A DNA stretch of 63,305 bases, the filler included. It is 9 parts of 9 records of this genome, joined end to end, with 100 filler letters (N's around TTAATTAATTAA, not from the genome) between each part and the next. Parts side by side here need not be neighbours in the genome. Positions count along the whole stretch, not along the records: positions 48,837 to 54,438 come from SRR7504441_14068; positions 54,539 to 59,780 come from SRR7504441_14069; positions 59,881 to 63,305 come from SRR7504441_14074; 6 more parts are not named here. One strand, 5' to 3'. How positions within the stretch are numbered: the stretch's first letter is position 1; each line of letters starts with the position of its first letter. Under the pieces are notes generated by a model that searched no databases, had not been told where the DNA came from, and worked only from the letters and a program-made list of their open reading frames with translations. A program made the position numbers and the translations under genes. This document shows positions 48,841-60,167 of the stretch, in pieces.

Positions 48841-51194
48841 ATGTCCCCGCTCGGCGATGCCCCGAGCAGTTTGCAGCCGGTGCTGCTTTTCCCGTCGCTC
48901 GCTGGATCAGTGCTCGAGTGTCGCGCATCGCCGGTTCCAGGGTTCGAGGGCCGGCGGATCTGGCTAGAGCTGGACAGCCTGACCTCCACCACCGATGAAG
49001 AGCTCAGACTATCCGTGCACGACACTGAGCATTCAAAGCATCACGCCACTAAGCCGTTTGTTCAACACATGCTGCTTCAACCCGGGACCGACGGCCGGGA
49101 TGTCGGCGGGATTCGTGTGCGGGCCAAACAGGGGCTGGCTGGGTGCGAGTACCTGAGCGAATCCAAACTGCTGAAGGGCGGCACAGTGATCATGGGCGGG
49201 ATAACGGAAGTGCTGCGCGGCCACGGGTACAGTGAGTGGGACGGGAGCAGCGGGAGCATGATTGGGGCGAGCTACGACTGGCGGTTGGATCCGGGCGGAC
49301 TCGAGGCTCGGGACCGGTACTTCAGCCAGCTCGCGGCACAGCTCGAAGCAATCGTGGCCGCGAATGGCCGAGCTGCGGTGCTGGTTGCGTTCAGCCTGGG
49401 ATGCCGGATTGCCAAGTACTTTTGCCACTACTGTCACGCAACAAACGGAGACGAGTGGACTGCTCAGCACATAGGGCACTTAGTAGCGCTGGGAGGGCCA
49501 TGGCGGGGCTCCGTGATGCTACTCAGGTCGGTGCTAGTAGATGGCTCGTTCCCGCCGCTCGACATGTTCTTCAGCGAGAGCGAGATGCTCACGATCCTTC
49601 GCTCAGTACCTTGTGGTAAGTACCTGCAGCCCACAGGGGACTGGCAAGATGGCCTCGACAGCCCGTTTGTGTACCTCCGCGATCAAGTCATTTTGAGAAT
49701 TACGATCGGCCCGACTGCGACCGACCCACTGGTTGATGCGAGTGACCCACTAGCAGATCAGTCCGAGATAGCCGCCCTACTCGGAGCGTCGAAGGAGAGC
49801 TTTCGCGAGAGGTTTGCTGAGAGCTATATAGAGTTCACTGTCAACGGTCTCAGTTCATGCGGCCAGCAGACTCTGGGCTACCACACGCGACACCCTTTCT
49901 CAGAGAGCGCGGCGTTTGCTCTTCCAGCTGGGACCGTGTCGAGTACAGTCAGGGTTGCGGTGGCTGCGGATGGCAAAGAGATCGCTTCTGGTGAGCGTTT
50001 GCTCACATGGGCGTCTGAGCTCCCAACGGGAGCACATCAGGAGCAGGTGGTAGTCGCTCTAGGATGCGGTCATTGCTGCAAGACATATGGTGCAGTGATG
50101 CTCCGAATTGAGATTATTACCAGTGAAGCGCTCTCCAACTGGGACTCGCCTTACCATCCCCAGAGTCCACACCCACTGGCCAGCCACAACGGTGGCAAGA
50201 GTTTCGGGTTGTCAAGTTGTCTTGGGCAGAATGCAGAAGGGGCTCCCCGGTGGACTGCGGCGCTCCCAGCGGCACTACAGACCTACGAAGGCTACCTGCC
50301 CCCAGCTGAGGTGCCCATTTGTCATTATCCCTCGTTGGCGACCCATGTTTAAGGTGTGGAAAGTGCCGACGCCCGACGGCTTGTTGGTCGACGATAGTGT
50401 GGCTCCACCTGTGCAGAAAGTGACTGCGATTTATGGCGTGAACATGAGGTGACCTTTTGTGTGGAAAGCTGAAGGTTGACTGGGAGTGTGACAGGACGCC
50501 AAGGACGATTTTCTTACGACATCGGGCTGTACACTGGGTATTGTCGCCTTGTTATATGAATATCAGTTAACTCGGTAACTAATCAACTAAACTAAACAGG
50601 TGGGAGGCCTCACCGAGAAGTTGCAGTCAGCCTTTGTGATCGATGAGCAAGGTGGAGCTAGCTGAGACAGCCACAGGCTCAGAACTGGGTCAGGCGATGT
50701 GGACGGCTTGTTGTGCTATAATGGAGTTGGTCATGAAGTTGCTGGAGTTGCACAGATCAGGCCAGATACCCAGGAGCAGGTTTTCGTCTCGGGAGACGGT
50801 GCTCACTAAGCAGTTCGAGCTAGGGCTCATCCCTGTCTGTGCAGGCACAGTCAACTACCACAGCCTCAGGCAGCCACAGTGTTCTAAAGAGGCAGTCTGA
50901 TGAGGTTTGGGCTTCAGGCATGTGGCCACTTGGAGCGATTCATGTGATGTGGACATTTTCGAGCTGCCTGAATGTGATCATCGTGGAGTCTCTACTGACC
51001 CACGAATGCTCCAAGTGCTGCGCAGTGTGCTCGGGCTGGAAAGACCGAAAGAAATGGCGTTGCTGCAAGACAAGCTCCAAGCGTTTGGAAAGGATGCCAA
51101 AAAGCGATATCCGAGTTGCTATAGACGGGTGGTTGGCAGCGATGTCTGTGGTGTTGTGGCCAAGACGGGATTTAGGTATGCGCGTCCACAATGA
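48841..51194 (+). CDS. LCAT/PDAT/PLA2G15-family acyltransferase with large internal insertion, multi-exon
   Basis: PVLLFPSLAGSVL, ASYDWR, LVAFSLG (Ser), LGGPWRGS, APPVQKVTAIYGVN, spliced SGDGTV (Asp), ECDHRGV (His). Confidence 0.85.
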
Positions 51195-51264
51195 ACAGTG
51201 TGCATGGCTTCCTTCGGGTCCCTAGCTTGGAACCAGTTTAGGCTTTGTTTTGGACAGTGCGTAG

Positions 51265-52261
51265 ATGACAGCTTCTGACTGGACGGTTCGCAGGCATTTG
51301 AATGTGTATCGGGGTATCATACGGTACATTGTGGCGTTTTTAGTGCTCGGCTGCTTTATGACATCAGTCGCAGTCATTGTTTTAGGGACCACAACACATT
51401 ATTCATGGCTCACAAATCATGCATGGAGCAAAGGGTGGCTTGTGGTGCTAGACGAGCAAGGCCTCGAGGGCATAGATCCATCTATTAGGTCAGCTCTAGA
51501 CAACCCGGGTGTCGAAGTTTACATGAGCATTACGACATATGCCTACACCAGCAACTTGGTTGGATATAAAGGCAAACACTGCACTCTTTCGTTTGAAGAA
51601 TGCATGGACAAAGGGGATTCCCTAGACGCCAGTCTAGAGATGGTCGACCTCGGTAACGGGTGCGATACTGGAATCACCTACGCCCAGTGCGAAGTCTGTG
51701 CAGAAGCAGGTATGATCAGCGCTATCCACTGTGCTGAGGGTCAGGACAGGTAGGGTATCTGCGGTAGCTGCTGTGGCTGCGATAGTCGCCCAAGGCATTT
51801 CGCTCTTGGCAGCATTTCTCAGGACTTCCGCGATGCACGATACTCGTCCCCGCAAATTTATCGTGCTGTTTGCCACAGTGACATCTGTGGCACTAGTCAT
51901 ATGGGGTTATGTTGGGTTTATCAAGAATTGCTACCATGGGCAAGACAGCCAGCTCAAATGGGTAATTACGAACAATTGGAATCTTGATGGAATCGTTGAA
52001 GCCCGAGCAGAACTCTTGGGTTTCAGCCTCGTGCCAATGATACTTGCTGGCGTGCAAGTATTTGTCTGCATACTTCTGATGCTGATTCCGGTGCCGGAAT
52101 TGTTCCCTAACCAGTGCTTGGACCCCGAAGCGATTGAGAAGCACCCAAATAGCTTGAACATTAGAGTGGCGACAGGGGGGGACTTGCGTAGTGATGACGC
52201 CGTCGAGGATCCTGCTGGGTATGTGGCAGATGGGCCAGTGGTAGCTTTAGATCACACATAA
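51265..52261 (+). CDS. Four-TM membrane protein with Cys-containing first extracellular loop (claudin-like topology)
   Basis: Two exons joined by a GT-AG intron at ~51710-51749; four hydrophobic segments; Trp and several Cys in loop 1. Confidence 0.6.
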
Positions 52262-52305
52262 GCATAAATACAGTTGTACTTAGGGAGCGTACTTTATTAG
52301 TTAGT

Positions 52306-52359
52306 TGTAACGAACCGTGACCGGAGCCGGACCGAACCGTGACCGAAACTAACGTTACA
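52306..52359. repeat. 54-bp element with terminal inverted repeats and internal direct repeat (micro-MITE candidate)
   Basis: TGTAACG...CGTTACA termini, AGT on both flanks, internal CGAACCGTGACCG x2. Confidence 0.5.
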
Positions 52360-52454
52360 AGTATAGATGAGTAAATCAGTTGGACCGGGAGGCCTGAGCA
52401 GAATCTGCTGAATAACTCGCTGAGGCCTTGCTGCCCGGTTTAAAATCACACGTA

Positions 52455-54269
52455 TTACAAAGCTTGAAACCTCATGGGCGAAAGAGAACTCGACGCCGAC
52501 GACATCAGAGCATACGGCATCATCGGGCTGTGCCCACTGACCCCACTAACCCCACCGAGTGTCGGCAGGCCGTGCTGCAGCCCAATCAAGCTCGTCAGCT
52601 CCTCTAAACTCGCAAGCAGCCTCAGGCACGAAGCGGCGATTGGGCTCTGATCACCCGCCGCCCGCAGTCCAACTGCAAACTCATCCAGCTCGACCTTCAG
52701 TGCGCCGGCCCGAGCCTCGACCGCCCCCTGCTTGAGCTTAATGTCGGCCAGCTGCATCCTGAGCTGCCCCGCCTCCGCCTGCTCCCGATCCAACTTGCGC
52801 TGCATCGAGCCCACCGTGGCCGCACACGCCTCCTCGGCCTCGTCCACACGCCGCTGAGCCTCGGCCCGTGCAGCTTGGAGCGCCGTCTCCCTCCGTGCCG
52901 CTTCCCGCCGCTCAGTCTGTGTCCGGTCCTCCATCGACAGCTGCACCGCCCCAAGTTGACTCAGCACCAAAGCCTCAGCTCCCCTTGCGCTCGCCTCCGC
53001 GCCCCTCAACCGATCCTGCTCCGTGCGCATCCTCTCCACCTCGCTGTTGGCCGCAGAAAGCTTGGCCTGGAGCTCAGAATTGGCCTGCCGCCAGCCGCGA
53101 GCCTCCTGCTCTGCCCTCAGCTCGCTCTCCCGCTTGGCTTGCTCAAGCTCCCAACGGATCGGCTCCAGCTGCGCCAGCACCCGCCGCTGCTCTCCCGCGC
53201 TCTGCTCAGCTCGCTCGCGCTCCAGCTGCGCAACCGACCGCTTGAGCCTCCCAGACTCCTGCTCTGCGATGTTCTTCTCATCCTGTCGCTCGTTCAGCTC
53301 CCGGCGCAGCCTGTCGAGCTGCTCCGTTGCTCCTGCCAGCAGCTGCTGCAGCTCGGCCGCCTGTCCACTCGCGCTCTGCTGCAGCCGGTGCGCCTCACCC
53401 GCCCGGTTCCGCTCGAGCGCCAGCATGTCCTCCAGCTGCACCAGCCTGAGTTCGGCCTCGCGTGCTCGCTGCTCGGCGGCCCGCTGCTTCGCATCGCCTC
53501 CCGCCTCGCACCGCTCCAACTCCTGCCTATGCGCCTGCTCGAGCGCCGCCATCCTGCGCTCCGTGCCTGCGGTCGCCTGCGTGCGCTCCTGGATCACCCC
53601 GAGCGCCCCCTTCATCTCGGCCTCCTCGCATCGAGCCCGCAACTGCCCGATCGTCGCCCGCATCGGACTGATCTCCCGCGCGGCCTCCTTCCGTACTGAC
53701 TCGAGCTCGGCCGCCTGCAGCTCCCGGCTCTGGGTCAGCTGCAGCTCCCGCTGGTGTACCGCCTGCTGCAGCTCACCGTTGATACGATCCAGATCGGCCG
53801 CCCGCAGCCCGACCGCCCGCAACTCGCGAGCCAGCCCGTCGCACTGCTCGCGGGTCGCGCTCAGCTCGCGCTCGGCCCCGCTGTGCGCCAGCTGGGACAC
53901 TTCACCCGGCTGCTGGCTAACCGCCGCGGATTGGGCGGCGCTCAGCTGTTGGCGCAGCTGGCTGAGCTCTTCCTGCAGCCGGCTGGCCTGGGCCTTGCTG
54001 TGCCCGAGCTCGCTCCGGGCACCGTCGAGCTCGCGCTGGGTCTGGTGCAGCGCGTGCGACAGCTCCGGCGGGACAGGCCCCATGCTCGCTCCGCTGGCCG
54101 GCTCCAAAGGGCTGGGCGGGCTGGGCGGGCTGGCGAGCGGCGGGCTAGCGGGCAGCGGGGGCAGCTGGTGCGGCAGGCCGGGCCGGTGGGTGCGGAGCCG
54201 CTTGATCTCGGCGAACACATCGGTCAGCTCTTCCCGCAGCTGCGCCGTGTCAGGCGTGTCGGCCGACAT
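52455..54269 (-). CDS. Long coiled-coil protein of unknown function
   Basis: ~600-aa ORF with a Pro-rich N-terminal patch and continuous E/Q/R/A/L heptads; first ATG at 54269. Confidence 0.75.
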   Translation of the reverse strand: MSADTPDTAQLREELTDVFAEIKRLRTHRPGLPHQLPPLPASPPLASPPSPPSPLEPASGASMGPVPPELSHALHQTQRELDGARSELGHSKAQASRLQEELSQLRQQLSAAQSAAVSQQPGEVSQLAHSGAERELSATREQCDGLARELRAVGLRAADLDRINGELQQAVHQRELQLTQSRELQAAELESVRKEAAREISPMRATIGQLRARCEEAEMKGALGVIQERTQATAGTERRMAALEQAHRQELERCEAGGDAKQRAAEQRAREAELRLVQLEDMLALERNRAGEAHRLQQSASGQAAELQQLLAGATEQLDRLRRELNERQDEKNIAEQESGRLKRSVAQLERERAEQSAGEQRRVLAQLEPIRWELEQAKRESELRAEQEARGWRQANSELQAKLSAANSEVERMRTEQDRLRGAEASARGAEALVLSQLGAVQLSMEDRTQTERREAARRETALQAARAEAQRRVDEAEEACAATVGSMQRKLDREQAEAGQLRMQLADIKLKQGAVEARAGALKVELDEFAVGLRAAGDQSPIAASCLRLLASLEELTSLIGLQHGLPTLGGVSGVSGHSPMMPYALMSSASSSLSPMRFQAL

Positions 54270-54438
54270 GATGAGCTCGGGCAACCAGCGACCGCACTGC
54301 TAACCCAGGTACTAACCCAACGGCATTGAAGCTTTGGCATTGGACTCCAATGGAGCTGCCCGGTATTGTAGCTCATGAATAGCTCCCATCCATAAGACGC
54401 TGATTATATAATTATTGCTCTGTAGAGACGCTCGGCCG

Positions 54439-54538
54439 NNNNNNNNNNNNNNNNNNNNNNNNNNNNNNNNNNNNNNNNNNNNTTAATTAATTAANNNNNN
54501 NNNNNNNNNNNNNNNNNNNNNNNNNNNNNNNNNNNNNN
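54439..54538. other. Artificial contig-joining linker
   Basis: N-run / TTAATTAATTAA / N-run, 100 bp. Confidence 0.98.
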
Positions 54539-54956
54539 CGTCGACTGCCCACCGCCAGCCCGGTCCCAGCTCAGCGCGGCACGGGCGGCCCGATGGCCGG
54601 GGCCGGAGAGGTCGGCAGCTGGCGGACGGCTGGAAGGGCTCGGCCGGCGGCCCAGCCAAGAACAGGTGGCCGGCGTAGCTCTGTAGGGCCCGGGTGCGGC
54701 CCGGGGCAGTGGTGGCGAACTGCTGGGGCAGCCCGGTGTGGTCCACCCAGCAGCTCACCATGGGCTGGCCAGTGTTGTTGCAAAGCTCGAGCCGGACAGG
54801 GCGGCCGGCCCGCTGGGACGGGGCGTAACCCCAGACCGCATCGCCGCTCCGAAGCTCGACGAACGTCCCAGCCAGCTCCGCCACTGAGAGCATCTCTGAT
54901 TCACAGTGCTCGCCGACAGCCTGATCGGTGCCTACCAGGTAACGGGATTTCGACAT
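54539..54956 (-). CDS. VHL beta-domain-like protein (3'-truncated)
   Basis: VRLELCNNTGQPMVSCWVDHTG..QQFATTAPG..RALQSYAGHLF matches the VHL beta-domain pattern N.S...V...W.D..G....Y.T..PG......Y.GH.W. Confidence 0.6.
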
Positions 54957-55257
54957 GGCTTTACTTTTGAGATGCTGTACACAGTCTGTAGAGCTGTAGC
55001 TATGTAGCTTATGCGTAGTTACGCAATACAATAAGCGACAATTGCACACAGATTAAGAATCGGCCTCAAACTCATCGTCACAATACTGATCTGAACCTTG
55101 GTTGCCCTCGTCGTCCGTGTCACATCCCAAGACGCGAGCCACGCACTGGGTGGCTGCGGCCACCGAGCACCGGACAGCCGGCGCTGCTGCCGAGCGACCG
55201 GCACCGAGCCGCAGTGGAGGCCACCCGGCTTTGCCCGGGTTGTGGGGCTCGACGGCG

Positions 55258-56136
55258 ATGGGCGTGTCACTGCCCCGCGTCGCGCCGACTGCGCAGCAGG
55301 GGCCTCCGCCGGCGGCCGGTCAGAGAGCCCAGCCCCAGCCTGGTGCGGCTGCGGTTGGAAAGTCAGTTGGCCATGGCCGGGGAGCGGGAGAGAAGTGCGG
55401 CACGCGCGTGTTTGGAGACGCTGGATTGGGTCGCCGCACTCAAGGCAGAGCTCGGGGAGCATTCGAAGCCCAAACGAGACATTGAGGGCGCTGCATGAGG
55501 CTGTTGCTCCAACAGCAGATAAGCCGAGGTCTGAGCAAACCCAAGCTGGAGCTGGCCCTAGAGGATGCCTGGGCTGGCACGACCGACTGCTTCAGGATGC
55601 AGTCGTGTGATCGATGTGTCGAACTCGGTTGTAGTTGGGAGCTTGTGAAGCGGCAATGTGCACCAGCGCGTCTGGGCATTCGATCTATGGCGCACGTGGG
55701 TGTGGCTGGGGGTCAGTACAGCTGTGACCGCGCCGAGTTGGCGGCTAGTGCCCGGTGTGGTTCCTTGGCAAATTGCCAGCGTTGCAGCGAGCACGGGTGT
55801 GTGTGGGATGGTGTGAGTGGACGCTGCCTAGTACAGGCAAACGGCCAACACGAGTTTGGCCCAAAGAGCTTCGTCGGTGTTACAAACGCGTTTCAAGAGT
55901 GTGCTCAGGAGAGGCAGTACAAAACGAGAGGGCAAGAAGAGGCCAGACAGCAACAACGCCGCTGTAGGGAAAGTAAAACCTGCAGCACATGCGTGCATCG
56001 CCATTGCAGTTGGTGCCGGCATTCGAGAAAGTGCTTCATTGAGGAGGAAATGGCCTGCCAAAGTGCACACGATACTATCGGCGTTGATGGAATCCACAGC
56101 ACTTGCCCTCGAGGAGATGACAGCGATGAGCTATGA
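55258..56136 (+). CDS. Protein with three PSI-like Cys-rich repeats; C-terminal SDEL (possible ER retention signal)
   Basis: C....SC..C....C.W......C repeats at CFRMQSCDRC, CGSLANCQRC and CRESKTCSTC. 5' exon structure uncertain. Confidence 0.55.
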
Positions 56137-56267
56137 GGAAGTCGAAACTTATTATTCTTAACCCAATTGATTTATTTTAATTGATTATTTAAACTGGTTA
56201 ATGAAAAATTAATCTCGCATGTGCAATATCATATACGAACATGTACAATAACGTTACAACCGCAGTG

Positions 56268-59200
56268 CTAGTGGAGCCACCATTGCGATGGCATTCTCTC
56301 CTCACACCGAGCCAACGTATTTGCGAGAGCTGGATCGTTTTGATCAGTTGCTACGCTCGCAACCTGACGCCCATTGAAGCTTTGTGCCAGTCTTTGCCCC
56401 GAGTTGTCCAGCATGTCGCGTTTGGAAAGACCAGCGAAAGGTCCAATTGCAGCACTAAGATACCACCGTTTAATGCAGCGTAAACTGGCTTTGAAAGACG
56501 CCATTCTCGCAGCTGATTCCTTGGCTCGAGTCAACAACAGAGCAGCATACTTGACGCTCCAGCTACGAGAAACGTAGAGGCAGAGCGACTCCTCCCACCG
56601 TTCCAATTCTGCACTCTGCAGTGTCTCCATCTGTGCTCGTCTGCTTCGCTCTGCCTTTGCACCCCAGATATAAACGCAGAGGGTTAGTCTGAAGTGAACC
56701 ACCATTGCGGCCCGAATCTTGTCGATTATCGTATGTCGACGCCTTTGCATGTTCAACATCCAGCTCGCAAGGCACTTCTGATTCAAGCACCGCAAGGAAT
56801 GCCAGTCATGTGCTGTATGCATTCGCCATTGTGCGACGAACTGTGCTGCTAGGTAGCGCCTCAGTTCACTCTCAGCGTGTTGCTGGTGCATCATGATTCG
56901 CCTCACCGCCATCAGTCTGGACGTGTGATGGCTCTCCACGAGTTGGCGCCGTGCTGCGCTGTCAGCCAGCTGTTCAAGAGATCGAGAAAACGCAGACCAC
57001 TTGCAGCCGGCCATCCAAGCAGCGAACACCCTGTGGGCTTTCCTCTCATTATAGAACGCCACGGCATTCTGATAATGTCTACTCGGCAAGACAGCAGACT
57101 GCAATGACCTCCAGGCAACGATCCTCGAAGTCTCACGTTGAGTGCGCAGCTGAGTTAGCGCTATTCCCTGTGCTCGCAATTGCACCAGCCTCTCACTCCG
57201 TCGCTCGCTCCAACGGTTCCAGGCGCTTTGCGTAGAGCTATGGACTAGGTGCTTGCTTGCTCGAAGGAAGCAATGCCACCTCTGTCTTTCTGCGGCTTGG
57301 AAGCAACGCCATCTCGCAAAGAGCTCGAAGAGATGCTTCTGTTGAGATTGGACGAGAGTAGCTAAACCGATGGCAAGCGCGCTGTTGTCCTGCAACTGTA
57401 TGGTCCTGTTTCTCTTCCATGCAGTCCATGCACTTGATTGCAGCCGCCGCTGCAAGTGCATCAGTGCCCATGTAGTTTGGATTTGCGCACGCGACAGAAA
57501 CGTGGCTTGAGTACAGAATTGCCGGATTCCAGCTAAGAGCATCCTTGTCCCGAACCTCGACCTGGCAAGTGTCAACAGTTGCTTGTCGAACTGCGATTGC
57601 TGCCACTTTCCCCAGGCGGTTCGGTACATTCGCTTTGACAACATTTGCAACGCTTGGTGTAACTGAATGTTGCTTTGTTCATCCTCTCTTACAGCTTGCC
57701 TCCACGTTGACAGGCAACTTGCTAGATGGTTGGTCCGGAGCTTCACTACGTATAGCCCCATGATGATCTCTTTCGTTGTCGTTGAGTGCACTAGACCTTC
57801 ATGCCAAGCGTGCCATGCTCTAGAGAGCGAGCCCCTTCTCCAAATCTGCGCTACTATACCGAGAGATGTGTTCCCAACGCGCATACCAGCTGCCTGAGTT
57901 CTCCAGGCATCCCAACTAGCCCCAGCGTCAGTAAATAATCGCTGTACAATCGTCCATCGACGTGTCTCTTGCTTGGAATTAAAGACGATGCGCCAGAAGA
58001 CTCGTTTGTAGTCTTGCACGTGTAACCACTGGACGAGAGCTCTACCGAGAAGACGAAATCCTTGATTTATATTCAAGACTTTGAAGCCATGACAAATGTC
58101 CATGACCCGCAGCTCTTGGTTGGCTTTAAATGCCTCCCTCCTTTCCCCCTCCAACTTGGCGCTCCAGATGCTGATTGCCCGACGAAATACCGGCCGTTGA
58201 CTGCTGGCAACAGCCCTTCGGAGTATCGCAAGCCCAATTGCAAGCTGCCTCGAATCCTTATAATGCTTCAAAAACGATCGCAATGCACCGAGTTTGGCTG
58301 AGTTGACCCTCTGGGACAGAGCTAGGTAGACAAGAGAGGACCTGGAACTGTAGGCAGCCATAGTGCCCCGCCGACGATCCCTCCAGTCACAAATGGCACG
58401 CGTCAGCATCTCATGGCCCATTCGAACCACAATCCGTCTAATTGCCACCGTTGCGCTTGCACGCTGTAGCTTGATCCAGCTCCGAGCGGCGTTCCTCGCA
58501 CCTCCTTGCACGGTTTGGGCGGCGTTTCTTGCCGCCATTACCACGGAGGATAGTCGATTTCGGAGGAGCAGGGTGACCACTCTAGACAGCTTCACCCGGG
58601 AGAGTAGAGATCTTAAAAAGTTGTACATCATAGAGGCAACAACTTGCTCGTGCCGCTTTTGAATCATCCAGCATGGCACATAGCCTCGTGCCCAGCACTC
58701 TTCTAGCATGGCTGACAACCGCCGGACCTTAACGCGCTCTGCGTTCAATGTCCTGGTGGACTTATGATGGGTATCCTTCCACGCCAACACCACTTCAGCA
58801 AGCTTAGCAGCGTGCCATCGGGCCATGACCCACTGAAGCTTGCGTAGACTCTGAATCTGGATATCTAAGGCCAGGCCTCGTCGTCGCTTCGTATACACCT
58901 TTTCCTTCCATGCATTCAGTGCAGTATTGCTGGATACACTGCGCTCCAGAAGATACACCAGCCTACTTCTCTGCAGGCCCTGCTCCTGGCTGGACTTGAG
59001 TTCAACCTTCCGCTTATCCTCCCTGAAACTATTGCGCATGCTTTGCACCGCACTCGCCTGTTGGAAGGCAAACGTAGCCGCCATAGCTCTGTACAGCCAG
59101 TGCGCGCCGTACGTAGTCTTCAACCCGTGCTCTATTGACTTCTGCGCATCATACATCATGTTCCGGACATCAGCCGTGAAGGCATCCTGTGCTGACTGCC

Positions 59201-59780
59201 TCCAGTCATACACTGACATTCTGATGCTGTCACGCCGCCAACGGGCCATCACCCACTGCAGGACATGCAGCCCGCTTGACCGACGCTTTGACCCACTGCA
59301 GAATTGGACCAATCTAGATACCGCCATGGCCTTACCCTGAACCGCCCATTTGTCCAATGTCTGCTGCATCAACGCAAAGCCACGTCCCGTGGTTGCCTCC
59401 TGTCGGCCTTCGCGGGCGAGACTGCACCTCCAGTCAAGCACAGCCCTGCACACTGCGCTGTGAAACCAATGGGCAAAGACGCGCTTGAGAACTTGCAGCC
59501 CATCACGCGTGGTGCGCAGTACCGCGTCGTAGGAGCCCTCTATCCAGACATACTTATCCTCTCCTTGCTTAGAGCCCCCATCCAGTCTTGATGACTTCCA
59601 TTTCATCTCTAGCATCACGCGAGTACTATCGACAACGCAGTTTCTCTGCCACGTTACCACAATTTGTCTCAGCGCAGTCACCTCCCTGAAATTGGCCCGC
59701 CATTGGCCAACCAGCTGCACCATCTCACTCTCAATCCAACAGCTGAGCGCTCGCAGCAAGGCTCGGCGCCCCTGAGCAGA
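56268..59780 (-). CDS. Sfi1-like centrin-binding repeat protein (5'-truncated)
   Basis: >1100-aa basic helical ORF with periodic (A/F)W..W repeats (SRAWHAW, TAWGKW, SAWTAW, LFARW, SAWNRW). Confidence 0.68.
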   Translation of the reverse strand, partial: SAQGRRALLRALSCWIESEMVQLVGQWRANFREVTALRQIVVTWQRNCVVDSTRVMLEMKWKSSRLDGGSKQGEDKYVWIEGSYDAVLRTTRDGLQVLKRVFAHWFHSAVCRAVLDWRCSLAREGRQEATTGRGFALMQQTLDKWAVQGKAMAVSRLVQFCSGSKRRSSGLHVLQWVMARWRRDSIRMSVYDWRQSAQDAFTADVRNMMYDAQKSIEHGLKTTYGAHWLYRAMAATFAFQQASAVQSMRNSFREDKRKVELKSSQEQGLQRSRLVYLLERSVSSNTALNAWKEKVYTKRRRGLALDIQIQSLRKLQWVMARWHAAKLAEVVLAWKDTHHKSTRTLNAERVKVRRLSAMLEECWARGYVPCWMIQKRHEQVVASMMYNFLRSLLSRVKLSRVVTLLLRNRLSSVVMAARNAAQTVQGGARNAARSWIKLQRASATVAIRRIVVRMGHEMLTRAICDWRDRRRGTMAAYSSRSSLVYLALSQRVNSAKLGALRSFLKHYKDSRQLAIGLAILRRAVASSQRPVFRRAISIWSAKLEGERREAFKANQELRVMDICHGFKVLNINQGFRLLGRALVQWLHVQDYKRVFWRIVFNSKQETRRWTIVQRLFTDAGASWDAWRTQAAGMRVGNTSLGIVAQIWRRGSLSRAWHAWHEGLVHSTTTKEIIMGLYVVKLRTNHLASCLSTWRQAVREDEQSNIQLHQALQMLSKRMYRTAWGKWQQSQFDKQLLTLARSRFGTRMLLAGIRQFCTQATFLSRAQIQTTWALMHLQRRLQSSAWTAWKRNRTIQLQDNSALAIGLATLVQSQQKHLFELFARWRCFQAAERQRWHCFLRASKHLVHSSTQSAWNRWSERRSERLVQLRAQGIALTQLRTQRETSRIVAWRSLQSAVLPSRHYQNAVAFYNERKAHRVFAAWMAGCKWSAFSRSLEQLADSAARRQLVESHHTSRLMAVRRIMMHQQHAESELRRYLAAQFVAQWRMHTAHDWHSLRCLNQKCLASWMLNMQRRRHTIIDKIRAAMVVHFRLTLCVYIWGAKAERSRRAQMETLQSAELERWEESLCLYVSRSWSVKYAALLLTRAKESAARMASFKASLRCIKRWYLSAAIGPFAGLSKRDMLDNSGQRLAQSFNGRQVASVATDQNDPALANTLARCEERMPSQWWLH

Positions 59781-59880
59781 NNNNNNNNNNNNNNNNNNNN
59801 NNNNNNNNNNNNNNNNNNNNNNNNTTAATTAATTAANNNNNNNNNNNNNNNNNNNNNNNNNNNNNNNNNNNNNNNNNNNN
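59781..59880. other. Artificial contig-joining linker
   Basis: N-run / TTAATTAATTAA / N-run, 100 bp. Confidence 0.98.
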
Positions 59881-60167
59881 AAGTCCTTGAAGCTGAGGCG
59901 GCCCTGCGGCCCCGCGAGCGTGGCCACGAGCTCGGCCGCCCTTTGCTGCACGGCCGGGTTCTTCCTGGCATCCTCCCACCTGGTAAAGATCCGGAGCAAG
60001 CCCTCTGGGTCTGCCCCCGCTTCAGGGCGGAGCGGCTCGGCCGTGTGCTCACCGAGCGCGGCTCCGCACAGGTCGAATAGGTTCTTGAGCTGAGCGAGCG
60101 CGGCGCGGGCCGCCACTTCCGACAGGCCGGCGCGTTGAAGTGCCTCCAACTCAGGAGTGTCGCTCAT
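59881..60167 (-). CDS. Probable degenerate EF-hand protein, N-terminal fragment
   Basis: ATG-initiated ORF running into the linker; QLKNLFDL and GPQGRLSFKDF resemble EF-hand flanks. Confidence 0.4.

Noticed and set aside
53023-54303. Long antisense ORF (426 aa), and similar shadow ORFs such as 11301..12149, 5838..6509 and the upstream part of 60451..61872
   Set aside because: These are Ser/Cys/Arg-rich mirror translations of GC-rich coding strands with no recognisable motifs.
8850-59880. Eight identical TTAATTAATTAA motifs in N-runs, resembling a regularly spaced repeat or CRISPR-like array
   Set aside because: These are artificial 100-bp linkers with stops in all frames. ORFs running into X residues and ending 'LIN' are artefacts.
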